Shown here: positions 40,828 through 54,103 of the stretch, one piece after another
Layout of the letters: each line of letters starts with the position of its first letter
Numbering within the stretch: the stretch's first letter is position 1
DNA from: Tubulanus polymorphus
Taxonomy: Eukaryota; Animalia; Nemertea
Length of the DNA: 64,000 bases
Direction: 5' to 3'
Assembly (NCBI RefSeq): GCF_964204645.1
Contig: NC_134025.1
Coordinates: 29,368,299-29,432,298, forward strand
Program-made: the position numbers and the translations under genes
The notes under the pieces: model-generated
What the model was told of the DNA's origin: nothing
Seen by the model: only the letters and a program-made list of their open reading frames with translations
The model's database searches: none

Positions 40828-42640
40828 ACGATTATCATCGACGTTCAGAGGCGAAATTGAATTTTCGCACTATCAGTATAACCCTAAATATACATCTTTC
40901 AATCAGACAATATCATTCGCACGTGAGGCGCTTTTTGCTCTGTTTGCGGTGCGTTTAGTCATTGCCGGTGAAACTGAATCCTATAGAAAGAGTTTGTTCG
41001 TCACAACATCGAGCAAATCTCTGAGGTAATCTCTGTATACGTATACATAAACAAAAAATATTCCCTCATTGATATCGTCTCATACTTCATCTACTTTTGC
41101 GAAAGGCGGCTCGTGGTATCCGCGTATAAAATCCGAGGTTTCCGAAACAATAGCCAATATAACCTGGGAATGGAAATAAAAAGAGACGCATCCCTCGTGG
41201 TTAAATGTCAACGGAGTCGTAGTTTATACCTTGACTACGAACTGCGTTTTACATAATTCATTTTCTGTCCTAATACGACATTGAATCTACCAGAATCTTT
41301 CTGTCGATCGCGTGTATTATTTTGAAAGAGCTCTGATTCCTAGAAAAAATATATAGTTCGAAAAGTGCCGTTCACTGAAGAATACAAGATTTAAGGTCAC
41401 CGATTTCTCGAATTAAGAATAAAAGTCAAAGTGTGCCTCGGGAATGACGTTAGTTCCAGGCCAGTCACTGGTCGATCAATTTCAGGCACTCATCTTAAAA
41501 ATCATGTCCTCTTAACCTACATTCTGTGTAAGATAATATCTAACACGGGTGCGGGTAAAGTTAGCGAACTGCTGCCGCTTCTTGTGTCGTCACATAGACA
41601 TCAATAATAGATACACCTCACCCTATAATACAAATCTATATTGTTCCAAATTTGAAAATGACATAATAATACATTTCGCGGAAAATATTTTCCTCTTTGC
41701 CCCAAAGTTGTTGTTCTAAAACGTATATATAAATCCATATTTTTGCATTACTCGAATTACTAGAATTACTCACGTTTCTATTCGCCAACTATGATGCAGA
41801 TTACAGCCATCTTTAACATGAAGTACCCACCCTGGAGATACAATGCACTTATCGACAAGGCCATTTTAGAGGCGGGTTATTTTCTACTGAATTTTTGCCT
41901 TGATTATATCGATATCGGTGTCAAAAACACAGAAAATCGTTCTGCTCCTCCGTTGACCCAAGGCACTTCCTATTCACGTAGGTTTTTATATACGTCGTTT
42001 ATATAAAAATTCGAAAATATTTATCTTGAATTGAAGATCACTATCAGCCTCGAGCTTTTTACGTTCGAACGATTTTCATACGCGTTTCCATTTTCTAGAT
42101 GAGCGGAAATGGATATGAAATATGACTGATTCAGTCTTGGCGTTTAAGTTTTTTTCTCCTGAAATTGTATTGAATATACGCAATATGAATTCAAATACCC
42201 AATACTCAGTGGGAGTAAAGGTAACAAAAGGTATAATCACTTTATTGATATTTTACGCTCTGTTGGAAAAATCTGTTCATACGTACAACTGTGACACTTA
42301 TTTCTCCAAACAAATATGTTTGAACTGTAGATCTGTTTACGTGCTTTTTATTTAAGCAGTGAATATGAACGTATAACAAACATTATTTGTTATATCATGA
42401 GTGAGTGTAGTATAAGTGCGCGATCAGATCACACGTGATTGGAGTTTTATTTGCATCTGTGATATCGCTTGTTGTCGTGGGTGACACGTCAAAAACTCTT
42501 GTTGCTAATGAGTAACACGAATATATCGACGATGACAGAAAACCTTTTGTTCTAAAGTCACTTAACGTCTGCGAGACGAGACAATAAACTGTATTACGCG
42601 TTGCCGATCATATGTCTGGCTGATTAGTAATGTTTTACAG

Positions 42641-42838
42641 CCTGATCGAGTCTAGCACACCTGATCGAGTCTAGCGCACCTGATCGAGTCTAGCTCACCT
42701 GATCGAGCCTAGCGCACTTGATCGAGTCTAGCGCACCTGATTGAGCCTATCGGATCTGATCGAGTACAGCGCACCTGATCGAGTATAGCACACCTCATCG
42801 AGCCTAGCGCACCTGATCGAGTATAGCGCACCTGATCG
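42641..42838. repeat. Minisatellite, 10.4 copies of a 19-bp unit (consensus CCTGATCGAGTCTAGCGCA)
   Basis: Units are head-to-tail at an exact 19-bp period with 0-4 substitutions each and no spacers. Confidence 0.97.
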
Positions 42839-45569
42839 GAACCAAGCAAACGTTTTGGCAGAGATTTATGATATCGAGCTTTCTGAAATCAGTAACAAAA
42901 ACATGATACACTTCAAAACATGATACACTGGATATGCTTCAGGGCACTTTATATGTGTACATATATTTGTCAATATACATACATGTCATTCGACTTATTC
43001 CGGCTGAAATTCTGCATTCGGTTAAATTTTGCAATCTATACTCTCTGTCCGGGAAACCAAAACGTCGAGACTCTCAGCATAGCGTTCTTCACTCAGTCAA
43101 TCACGAGTGGTCCAATCGTTGAACCATCGAGTTTCTTTTTCTAAGCCAATATAACCTATTTGTCTGAAGTGGACGTCACATAAGAGCACTGATTGCGGTA
43201 CGGGCATCCGTAGCATTATATTGCTCTGATGAGAGAACTGAATGAAGGGTAACAACATCAACCAGCGGGGTATCCGGAATCAACTCTGTCTCCATCATCA
43301 TCATCAAAACTCTGTATGAAACCCGGAACTTAAGCATCTCGTTCACTTCATCCGGCTTCATCTACTTTCAGTCTACGGCACTCGAAATCAGTGCCTACCT
43401 ATTGAAATATATAACGCCATTATGGAAAATTTAACGGCTCTAAATATCAACAGCGATTTTTCACAAATCACGGTCGGAAATTAGAACACATTTTTCAAAA
43501 TTGATTTTGTAACGTGTTGCTCGTCGGTATAAAATCGTGAATAGAATGCTAGAATGCGAGGCACCACGCCTTTTCAAATGCCAGCATTTTTGATCCAATG
43601 CATGAAATAACTGTACGAACAGCCAAATATTAATGTTCTACTTGTTTAGTATGATTTTCACTGATAAGAAACAAGTTTTTTTTTACTTTCATTGAAACGT
43701 AGATGACCGACTAGCCTAAAGGAACCTGGCAGATCCTCACTTTCCACAAAAAGCAAACCATGATTTCTACAGTGCGGAAACTCCATTTACTCCACCCGGC
43801 TATGATATCAGCTATGGTGTACATGTTACCTCTGTAGAGGTATCAGAGGTTTTATATACAACATATTCAACAATCATCTTCCATCACCAGGGATTCAAAC
43901 CTGATTGCATCGCGAGACTCTGTCACGGCACAAACACCGTGATACCACCAGGTTCGAATCGCTATCTGGAAGTTGATCCAACAAGCTTTGTGCATCTGTT
44001 AATCTCTGGCGCTGGTGTCAACGTTGACGCTTCATAAGTCTGTGGTGACAGGTTTGCTATAGATATGGGCAACCCTTGAACAGTACCAGTTACTAGTTCA
44101 AACAGTAACACTTATGAACATATAATCGTTGTTTGTCGGTGAATTTCGACCATTGTCATAGAAAGCCGTAGCAGAACAAGGAAACCTAACAGCAGATAAT
44201 TGTTTCTTGAGAAGTTCCATTAGTGAAAACACCATTCTCTTTGTTCGCGCTTCAACAAATCACCGAAACCCATTCGAATCCCCCACATCTCAGGTTCTTT
44301 CTTTTGTTTCAAAGTGAAAGAAACCGAAAGTTTCTCGTGCGTGGACGGATGCATGAAAGACCATGTCATTAGTCATTAGTTAATTACTGATAACAAAAAC
44401 ATCGCGTATAGAATGATAAACCTGTTTGTTCCTCATCGGTCGTGCGAAACGAGTCATCATCCACCCGATGCAGCTTTCAAATATCGACTTCACTTTTAAC
44501 CCATCGAAATAATCATCGCTATTCTTTTAAACGGAAGCATTGGTTTTAGTCGCGTTACAGACTCCGTCGGCAGCATGGTGGCTTCAGACATTTTCTAAAT
44601 TCATGATAAAAGACTTTCCGTGAAGTGATAAGACGAATACATATAAATTCATATGCATTAGATTATAAGGGGAGATCTTATGATATTTTGATCAATCGAG
44701 GAAGTTTGAAATCTGTAAACTTTGATCATTTCTTAGTTGATGAATCTTTCCATTTCAAAATCTTCTTTTGTATAGAACGAGTTCAATTGCAAATCTCTGC
44801 GGAAACCAATCGAACTTGGCGGAGGGTGAAGTGACTTCCCGAACATTAGCGTCTGTTTTTTTGTGCTTTGATTCCAATACGACTGTTGCAACCTGTTGAG
44901 AATACTCCCGCAGGTGTTGTGGCACGCGTCTTCAACGTAATTACCTGTGGAATGTTTTTTAAAACGTAGTGAGTAAAAGATAATTATTAATTACAAGCCG
45001 AGCAATTACGATTAAAGAGACCGGTGCGTTCATTATCTAATTACAGCGGATAACGCAACGTGATAGTATAGCAGCCTGCGGCGGCAGGATACATCACCGT
45101 CATAGACTCACTTCACGACATTCTGTCGCGGCTGTGATTCGGACGTTGTTTTAACCAGTGAACACGCGGCCGCCGCGATATACGTACTCTGACTAAACTT
45201 CATCGCACGCGTTGGTGTTGCACGACTATATAAATCGCTAGTATTTACAAATACCCCCTCATTATACACAGACACACCAGCACAAACGAAAATCAAAATC
45301 AATCGTCAAAGCTTCCTACCGATGATTTTTTGCCGCCGGCTTTTTTGAAACAATAAGAAAATAAAGCATCGCTCGGGTTTTTACGCACACGTTTTCAACA
45401 GCAGAACTTGCCGATATTTTGACTTGATATGCGGGAGACGCTTGATCGTTTGAAAGGATAAATAACGCAAAGATTAGTGGGATAAGACGCAGTGGATTAT
45501 CGCCAGAACGGGGCAAGTTACATAGCGGAAATATTTAGAAAATTAAATCCCGGTAAGTTATAGAACATT

Positions 45570-45588
45570 TATATATATATATATATAT
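45570..45588. repeat. (TA)n microsatellite
   Basis: Uninterrupted TA run. Confidence 0.85.
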
Positions 45589-48500
45589 CACATCTTGAAT
45601 GATACGATTATATCTTCTTTAATCGGGTTATAATGATCCAGCGATAATTATTGATTCTTGATTTCAGTTTGCAACAAAATTTCATTTTGTATTTCACTCG
45701 TGTAGAGTGAAGAGTTGACTGAAGAGTTGTATTGAAGTAGACGCCACATGTATATACCTACGTATCAACTATCAAATAGTCGTCGAAGAACAATATCAAT
45801 AAACAATTCGATCCAATATTATATATACATTGCAAAAAGAAATGTACATGTTCTCTCGAAACTGTTTAACGAGCTATTAATTGTGTATTGGGAATTAGAA
45901 ACTCAAGATCAAACATTTCACGTCTATTACAACATGAAACGACTGCGGGCTAAAATCACACCGTATTGAATACCAGTCTTTTCATCTACGCATCACCGCT
46001 GTTAGGGCGTTACATTTAATATATACTTTTTAAAACCTAAACAGGGCTGGGCTACAACTTTTGATGCAACATTTGCTTAAGATTATGGTGTCAGTCGACT
46101 ACAGGGAAATATCAAATTTTTCTCAGAGTTAGAATTGAATCCGGTTAATTTAGAATCGCTACAACAGTAATTACTCATTATCACGTTAATAGATTAACAC
46201 TGTTACACTGTTCACTCGACTAGTGCTCTTATTACATGTATTATACCTTTAAAGACGTCTAATCTCGCTGTAATGAAAGCTTCATGAAACAATTTGATAA
46301 AATAGTTAAAATGTTTGATTAATGTTTTTTAAAAGATGTACGGAAAGCCTGGCGATGTAATGCGCACCTTTTCCGAGAAAATGATGATTGATGGTGGACG
46401 TAGCTTCACCTTGTATCTGAAATTTCACACGCAAAAGAATCGTTGTCTGCAATCAGGAGATATTCATTTTCACCTGGATCCGGTGACAAAAATGCGCGTG
46501 AAAAAAAAAAATGTTTTGAAACTCATTTCCATCGAAAACATGCAACAAAATGATAGCAACGTTTCGGAAGTGTGGACAAAACCGCAGTTGAATTCGCTGC
46601 AATTTGTGGCACAAGATTCATTTATTTTCCGTAAATAGAAAATTCAAATCCGATTAATATATCGTTTAGGCGACTTCTTGGATATTCTGGAAACGGCTTA
46701 ATTTTAGATAAATCATCATAAATTCCTTCGTCGGGTATTTAAAATCATAAGCGTAAACCCGCATGTTTAACTGTCATTTTCTAACACGGAATTTTAAGAT
46801 TTATTGATGTTAAAAGGTTTCGTAAAATTAAGCTGATAGGCAACAAAACGCACCGAGCAAACAAAATGGACTAACACTGTTAAAAAAGTGACCAATACCC
46901 GAGTTGGCGATGCTTTTGATAATGAACGCATATTTTATTAGACACAACAGCAATAAACATCCCTAATCTAAAGATTAAATTGTAAATAATTCATGGAAAA
47001 TAAAGGTATATTGAAACTAAAATAATGAACTTGATGGACGATAAAAACCCCCAAACCTACAGGGACTCATCCATCCGATATTGATAACTTTCCCAACTAT
47101 CCGGCGTTCGTAGAAAACTATTTGTTTTAAGGTTTGTGTAAAGCTGATCATTCCGTGCTAACTATTTACGAGGGACTGCAGTAATCGTGGGCAATATTTC
47201 GAAAAAGCGTTTAGACTAGGGATAATAAGCAATAGACGAGTCTCATTTGTCATGCACTTTTAAATTACTATCTTCGCTATTCTTGTCACATCTCTACAAT
47301 AAACCAAATCAAATAGCTGTGTCAATTTGCCTCGCTGTCATCGGAATCTGTCGCCGTCCAATTCAATCTTTCCATAAATTATCTTTATGGTCGTTAGATT
47401 ACATTTTTTTGCTAAAAACATTTGCAGTTACGTAACATTCACCACACTTGTTTCATCGAAAAAGGACAGCAAAAGGTTTTTATGAGCAATGAAACTGCGC
47501 TGACAATATGAGCCGGTGGTCGTCTGGGTATAAGTAGAGATTATTCACGTGACGTCACGGTGTGGCAAATTGGCCGTCAAACGTAAGGAACGTACGTTAG
47601 GAACTTACGTAGTCACGCGACTATAACCGTAGCTTCGATAGATATAGTTTATACAGAATGATGAATATCGAACTGAAGTAGTTTGAAATGTGTCAAAGGT
47701 TAAAGAATGAACATCAAAAAATGCATGCGAGTGAAAAAGATCATTTAATAAACACATCATCAACAAACATATCCATCAGAAAGATTCTGTACTTAGTAAA
47801 GTATTTTATTAAGTTATCACGTTTTATTACACAGATTTGAATAAGAATACAGCGATAGATACTTTTAAAAAAGGAGAGACCAATAACCAGTTTATATATA
47901 ACATGAATCAGTAGTGTTTTGTATTGAATTACTGCAGCCGAAAGCTGAGGGAATTTTTCCGCTAAAATTGTTGGTAGTTTCTAAATTATGAAGGTATAAT
48001 GCGATACTCAAATCGTGCATTAAACCCGAAACCGACGAAATTTCGACTTTTCCGAGCAAAGAAATATGAGACACGTACATGATAGATCTAGTTTTATGGT
48101 ATGCACGTATAAATAATGTGTTTCTTTCATAGCTAAGAAGAAATGACATAATTTAATCAAGCACGAAGCGAATATGATCGTCTTTTTTAATAGGGAAAAG
48201 TTGCCTCGGAAAAAATAGAAATCGGCTATCACATTTCTGAGAGTCTTTAACCCATTGAGCGCCGGGTGCATTATTAGTGGGTTCGAAGTTTTCTATTACA
48301 CTGTGGCAGAAAGGCTAGTAAGAAGAAACTCTGCTGCCATCAGGATTCGTTGACCGACACTGATGACGCCTCTCAAGAATTCGATTGACGCAGCAACTTC
48401 AAACGTGACTTCGACAGCAATGGACACTGCGGCCTGATCGCCCATTTTTCAAGCTTTAGTATGATACCGAATTATAAACGAACGAACCAAATTCATTTCA

Positions 48501-48680
48501 ATCCCATCTATGAATAAAAAAATCAAATGAATAACTTTCGGCCCAAACGAAAACGAAATTCGTGTTAGGCATAAACGGACGTCATTTTGATCCCTTGTGA
48601 TCTTCCTACTGTCGAGATATTTTTAATATAATATCTGCGCACATTTATCCGTTTGCGATTGACGACAAAACGAACAACAC

Positions 48681-48699
48681 CACACACACACACACACAC
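48681..48699. repeat. (CA)n microsatellite
   Basis: Uninterrupted CA run. Confidence 0.85.
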
Positions 48700-51600
48700 G
48701 CGGTCTACTCGACACAAACAGCTTTCAGGTTCATATCGGTTTTCCCACGATTAAAGTCCCTCCGCAGATACTTTTATCCAACTCACTCGTCTCCGTTCGG
48801 CTTTTACCCGATGCTACAACGAATCAATATTGATAAAACTACTTAATAACTTCACTTTTCGGTGGCGTGATATTTCCTCTCTAAAGATTGACGCCGCGCT
48901 AAAAGCCGTTTGCGTAATTGCAAAATTAGGCGTCGATTAGAGAAGATGAGATATATACAAAAATCGCTGACAAAATATCGAGCCATTTATAATATCTCTA
49001 AATCACTGATAGAATGAGAACATCTGATTAATAGAGCGCGGGAATAATTCAATCAACATATCAGAAATCATTCCCAAAATAAATAAGGTGCAGCACTCTT
49101 AATAATGGTTATTACGCTTGTTCACCTTCGCGTCTCCTCCACCCGCTTTTAGTTCAGAAATGCTTAATAACCACGAGGTAGATTGATTCATAATTGTCTT
49201 TCGAATACCTCTCGCTAAGATGACAATAACCACCAATTTGAACCATCGACCAGTTGTAGAGAAGGCTAAAACAATTTACAAATTGATATAGGTCGGCGAC
49301 GTGACATTGGAGAATAAGGCCACTGTCGTGAACAATCAATCAAACATGGCTTATGAAATTGAACGATCTAAGACCGATTTGGTGCCTTGGATCTAAAAAA
49401 GTTTTAGAGGACGTGGTCTACAAATAGTGACGCAGACTATTGGTCCAAAACTCTGAATGACCATGGACAAAACACGCGTAAAAATAGTCATGAAAACCGA
49501 GAAACACGAAAAAAAAACTGATGGAAATCGCGTTGAGTTACAATCAATAAGCTACTGATATCGTTATATTCACGGTTTTATAAAACCTAGAATTATCTCG
49601 ATGGTTCAGACAACGCCTGCAATTTCCAAAAACGTTTCAAAATGAACGCGCTCGATTCGATTAGACCATCCAAAAAGACTGTTGTTGTACGAATTTCCTA
49701 TTCGCAAAAGTATCAGTTTTTCGTCTGTGACAACCACCCAAGAACGGTAATAATAGTATTTGACATCGGCTCATATTTCTGTTTCGATGCAAGCAATAAA
49801 TCGACTTTTCAACTATACTGCTGCCAACACTGAACCGACCGTTCACACTTGCCAATGAGTTTTCTAATATAACTTCTATTTCGATGTATAGGAAGAAACG
49901 GGTGACTTATATTTCATTTCAAATTGAAACCGTCGACTTCGTATTATTCGAAGTATGAGATATGAATGAAGGGTAGTCTAGAGTAGTGGTTTTTTCACGT
50001 CAATAAACATTCAAGTTTCAAGTTAGTTTTCTTGTTAATGAATGACAACGGTTCAATGTCCAGTCAATAAACGATGACGTCATCTAGCGTTTAACGGAGA
50101 AAGGGCAATGCGATTGAGGCGGAGTCATCCCAGAACTGGTTTAAAGGTTCCGTGCGGCGCGAATAATTGAATTCACATTTGATTCATTTTCGGTGAAATA
50201 TCTGACGAATTTGATCGCAAATTGAAGGCGAATCACACGAATTCCGATCGTGCACGCTCGTGTATTTCCGTCGTTCAGGATTAATAGCGCACCATCGTAA
50301 ACATTATTCATTCATTCTTATTCATTATATTTAATACATACTAAAATGCGGGTCATCAACTCGGGATCCGCAATATAGCCGCCATAACCGTAAATGACAC
50401 GCAATCCTTTATGAGATGGATATTCCGTCGGTTTGTAAATATTAGATGAAGGACCAGTCAACTTGATAGCATTTTAATCGAAATTCACTTACTTGTCATA
50501 TAAAGTTGTGTCACAGCAGGATTCAAGTTACAGAGCAGGTGAATTGGTTTTGTTGATGGATCCCAGTTTGCTACTTTAGAACTACTCTGATTTTTCTTTT
50601 TAAAGTAACAACCAATGTAATCCATCATTATACGCGCTTGGATTGCGTGAGGTGAGAGCGAAGTTTATTTATTCTGTACATCGCCTTTTAAAGGACCTCA
50701 AGAAAATGATGTTTGCTCAGAGAGACGAATTGCAAGCAAGCTGTTTCCATATCATTAGCGTTCCGAAGATTCCCTTTTCGTTCTGAAATTTCTCGGATGC
50801 ATTTTGGACGTCGTGACCTAATTTCAAGCGAAGTTTATAAACTTGTTTACCGGCCAAAAAAATAATTTATTTCTGAGGACACACCCTTTGTAATTTAAGA
50901 TCGATTTATTCTAATCGATAGCAGTCAATATTAGGATGTGGAAAAAATATTGCCGGCTGAACATGTATCAATAGAGTTTAAAAACCTCAGGCATTTCATA
51001 TATTTCGACGTAAGTTTTAACCACACGTTATTCGATTATATTTGATTTGAATACTGCATTTCTGATTGATGGATTTTGGCAATGATTTCGAAAAACAAAC
51101 TATCACCAGGGTTTGAAACGTGTATCGCCTAAAATTCGATCTATTTGGAAACTGCAACAACTTGATCAATCGATGATTTAATCACGTGTAGTGTTATTGC
51201 TTATGGCTTTATGCACCTTGCCGAATGAAGTCAGTGATATGCAATATTTCGGCGTGCTTTCAATCTCAAAAAGGAAATGAACATTTTATGTTGTTTGCCA
51301 TTTTTAATGCTTTTTCTACGGTCGGAGAATATCAAAATTGATGGAAACGTCGCACGCCAGCCAGGACACTTTCCGATATGACAGCGTTACAATAGAACCA
51401 GCGCTTTCTCGATGCGACAAGTTTAACAAGAAAACTAACTTGAAACTATATTGACGCCTTGAAGAAAAAAGACAGTGTTTAATATTGTCGACGATGTGAA
51501 TGATATGATATTAAGGATTAGTAGACTTATCTAAATTTGAATATATTGAAAATTGAATTGAATTGACCAGCAACCAATGTAGCCCCAATATTGATGACGT

Positions 51601-53995
51601 AGTGCACATCCAATCACGCGCAACACCCTAATTGCCACCAGAATTCATTATCAAAACGACATGAAAACTGATTAAATGGCAAATCATAAAATTAAGAGTC
51701 ATAAACACAAAGTAGTTAACATTATATAAAATCATTTCAGGTTTCTACGGCGTCAAAAATCCACTATCTAAAATAATTCCGGTCAGCGTCTTCTCAAGTT
51801 TCATATCTAATTGAACATTACGATATGATTCTGGCGTCACTGTACTGTTCGATTAGAACTGTCTCCAGACGAGATGATTGCTGCAGGTTCATTTCTATGA
51901 CTGGAATAAATAATGTCTTTTATCTTCAGCCGAGCTCTTAATACATTACCTTGGAGCCTTGTAATTTGACAGTGCTTAGACATATGAACATTTATGTTGT
52001 CCGCGTAGTTATAATTCTCCTTTTTAAATCAAATTTGGAAAAGACCAAACGATTGAAGAATTACGTGCTATTTCTCTGACAATAATTTGTATTTTGTCGG
52101 CGGCATTTTTTTTGCGATGATCGCAAAGTTTTATTGCAGGTAGAAGTCGGGACAATGATGAGGCGCTATTTCAAAACTAAAAAATTAATTAAACTCCAGG
52201 CCGATGATGGTAAATATTAACGGATCATGAAGACAAACAATTCCATGATTGCTGAATCATTACCGGCCGAATAAACCCAAACCCATGTTCCGCATACCGC
52301 GAAATCAAATACGGGTAATAAACGTGTAAAGCATAGCGAAATCACTGGGGTAATGTTACAGTTTGAATACCCAGAAGAGCTCTTTCAAGCGGAGTTTATC
52401 TCGTAAATATTATAAATATCAAAGCTACGCTTACGTTTCACTCGGGAATTTGATATTTAACATCGCTGTCGAATAATAAACTTCTAAACGTAAAACCGGT
52501 CGACGACGAATCGTATGAATAATCAATCGATGCATTTAGAATGAACGGTAGGAATCAGGACTGATTCAGTCGGTTGATTTCTAAATGAAGCGCTATTTGA
52601 GTTACACGCAGTATTGACTGTTGTCAGGTGTGGATATGACGCGTTTGTCAACGTCTTGATCGTCAGAACAATGATCTCATTGGCCGTAACCGTCTATAGC
52701 CAGAAGATTTCAATTGATTCATTTTAACTTCCATCAAAACCTAACTCTGAATTCGAACCATCGAAACTCGAGTTGTTAGACGAGAATTCTAAGCCGACAT
52801 AAAAACTAGTGCAAACAATGAGTACGTTTGATGGAATGAACTGCGAGGCGACTCATTTAAACGCGATACTTTTCATCATCGTCTTCAACGATGAAATAAT
52901 TTGAAATTTCTGGAAAATGTCTCGATCAAATTAATAATGCTGACATTAATAGGTTTAATATGTTTCATCATCAGTGAACCCGAGTTGTCTTTCTCGCGGT
53001 TATGAACGGCATAATAACTCAATTTGAGGTGAAATTGTCGTCAGTATCGTCGACCTTGAAGCTGCTGGAAGTTTCGATGTTATTTTCGTAATTTCTGCTT
53101 TGATTTTCTCTTTTTTTCAAACGAATGCCTCGAAGTACTTGATAATGTTGATGTCGCATCGCCGTTGGATCGATACAGTGCTCGCGGTCATCGCCCCTGC
53201 AGGTTTTTACGCACCCTTCCAATAAAATCAATATTATTATCATCCGCTTCCATTTTTCTGCCTCCTAGATACATTGTTCTTATATTCGCAATGACGTATC
53301 AACAGTTAACAGCGCGACGCTTTATTGATTATTCAACCAATAATTCAATACTTGTCTGTTGAATACGATAAACTTCTTCAATCGAATGTTTCGAACTTTT
53401 TAATCACGTGTTTATTACTGATGAAATCGAAACTGACAGTTATTAAAAACGCCTCTTATTTCAATTTACAATTTATAAAGAAGTAATTCCACTTCAGCAG
53501 CACAACGCGGTCATATCGCTATATTCTATTGTATAATGCATGTATAAAACACTTGGTTGTATCGGTTAAGCAGACTCCTGTTTCCTCAATGGCCACTAAC
53601 GATAGAATCACGATTTCGTTTCGCCGTCGATCTTTCATCTTACACGCGAACTAATTGACGAAATGACGAAGCCGGGATGAATGAATGAATAGCTGCAAGC
53701 ATCAAACTATTTTTTCCTGTACACGCGGACTGAAAATTGTCCAGAATACCGAGGTACGAAGGACATCGGTTATGTCTAGGACCAATGGCGCGCTGTTATC
53801 AAATCTCATGTAACTTAGGTATAAATTGATGTGTCTCATATACAGAGAATCCTGCACTAATATAACGGGATGAAGTCCGTAAATTCCCTAATAATTTATT
53901 GATTCGACGTTTCGACTATAATTTAATAGTCATCTTCAGGAATATGAGTAAACATGGTCACAACACGCACATAGTGTTTCATCAATGGTTACCTT

Positions 53996-54103
53996 GACCC
54001 AGTTCCACAGTTCTGAGTTAGAGTTAACTCTGAGTTAAAGTTAGTTCATTTTCAATGAGTTAACTCAGAGTTAAATCTTAACTCACAACTGTGGAACTGG
54101 ACC
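53996..54103. mobile_element. 108-bp near-palindromic MITE with 3-bp TSD (CTT)
   Basis: GACCCAGTTCCACAGTTCTGAGTTAGAGTTAACTCTGAGTTAA ... TTAACTCAGAGTTAAATCTTAACTCACAACTGTGGAACTGGACC; CTT at 53993-53995 and 54104-54106. Confidence 0.85.

Noticed and set aside
42641-42838. CRISPR-like array
   Set aside because: Units are contiguous with no unique spacers, there are no cas genes, and the context is eukaryotic. It is a minisatellite.
48296-48445. 49-aa minus-strand small ORF MGDQAAVSIAVEVTFEV... with AAAATGG context
   Set aside because: Its length is within chance expectation, with no homology or transcript evidence.
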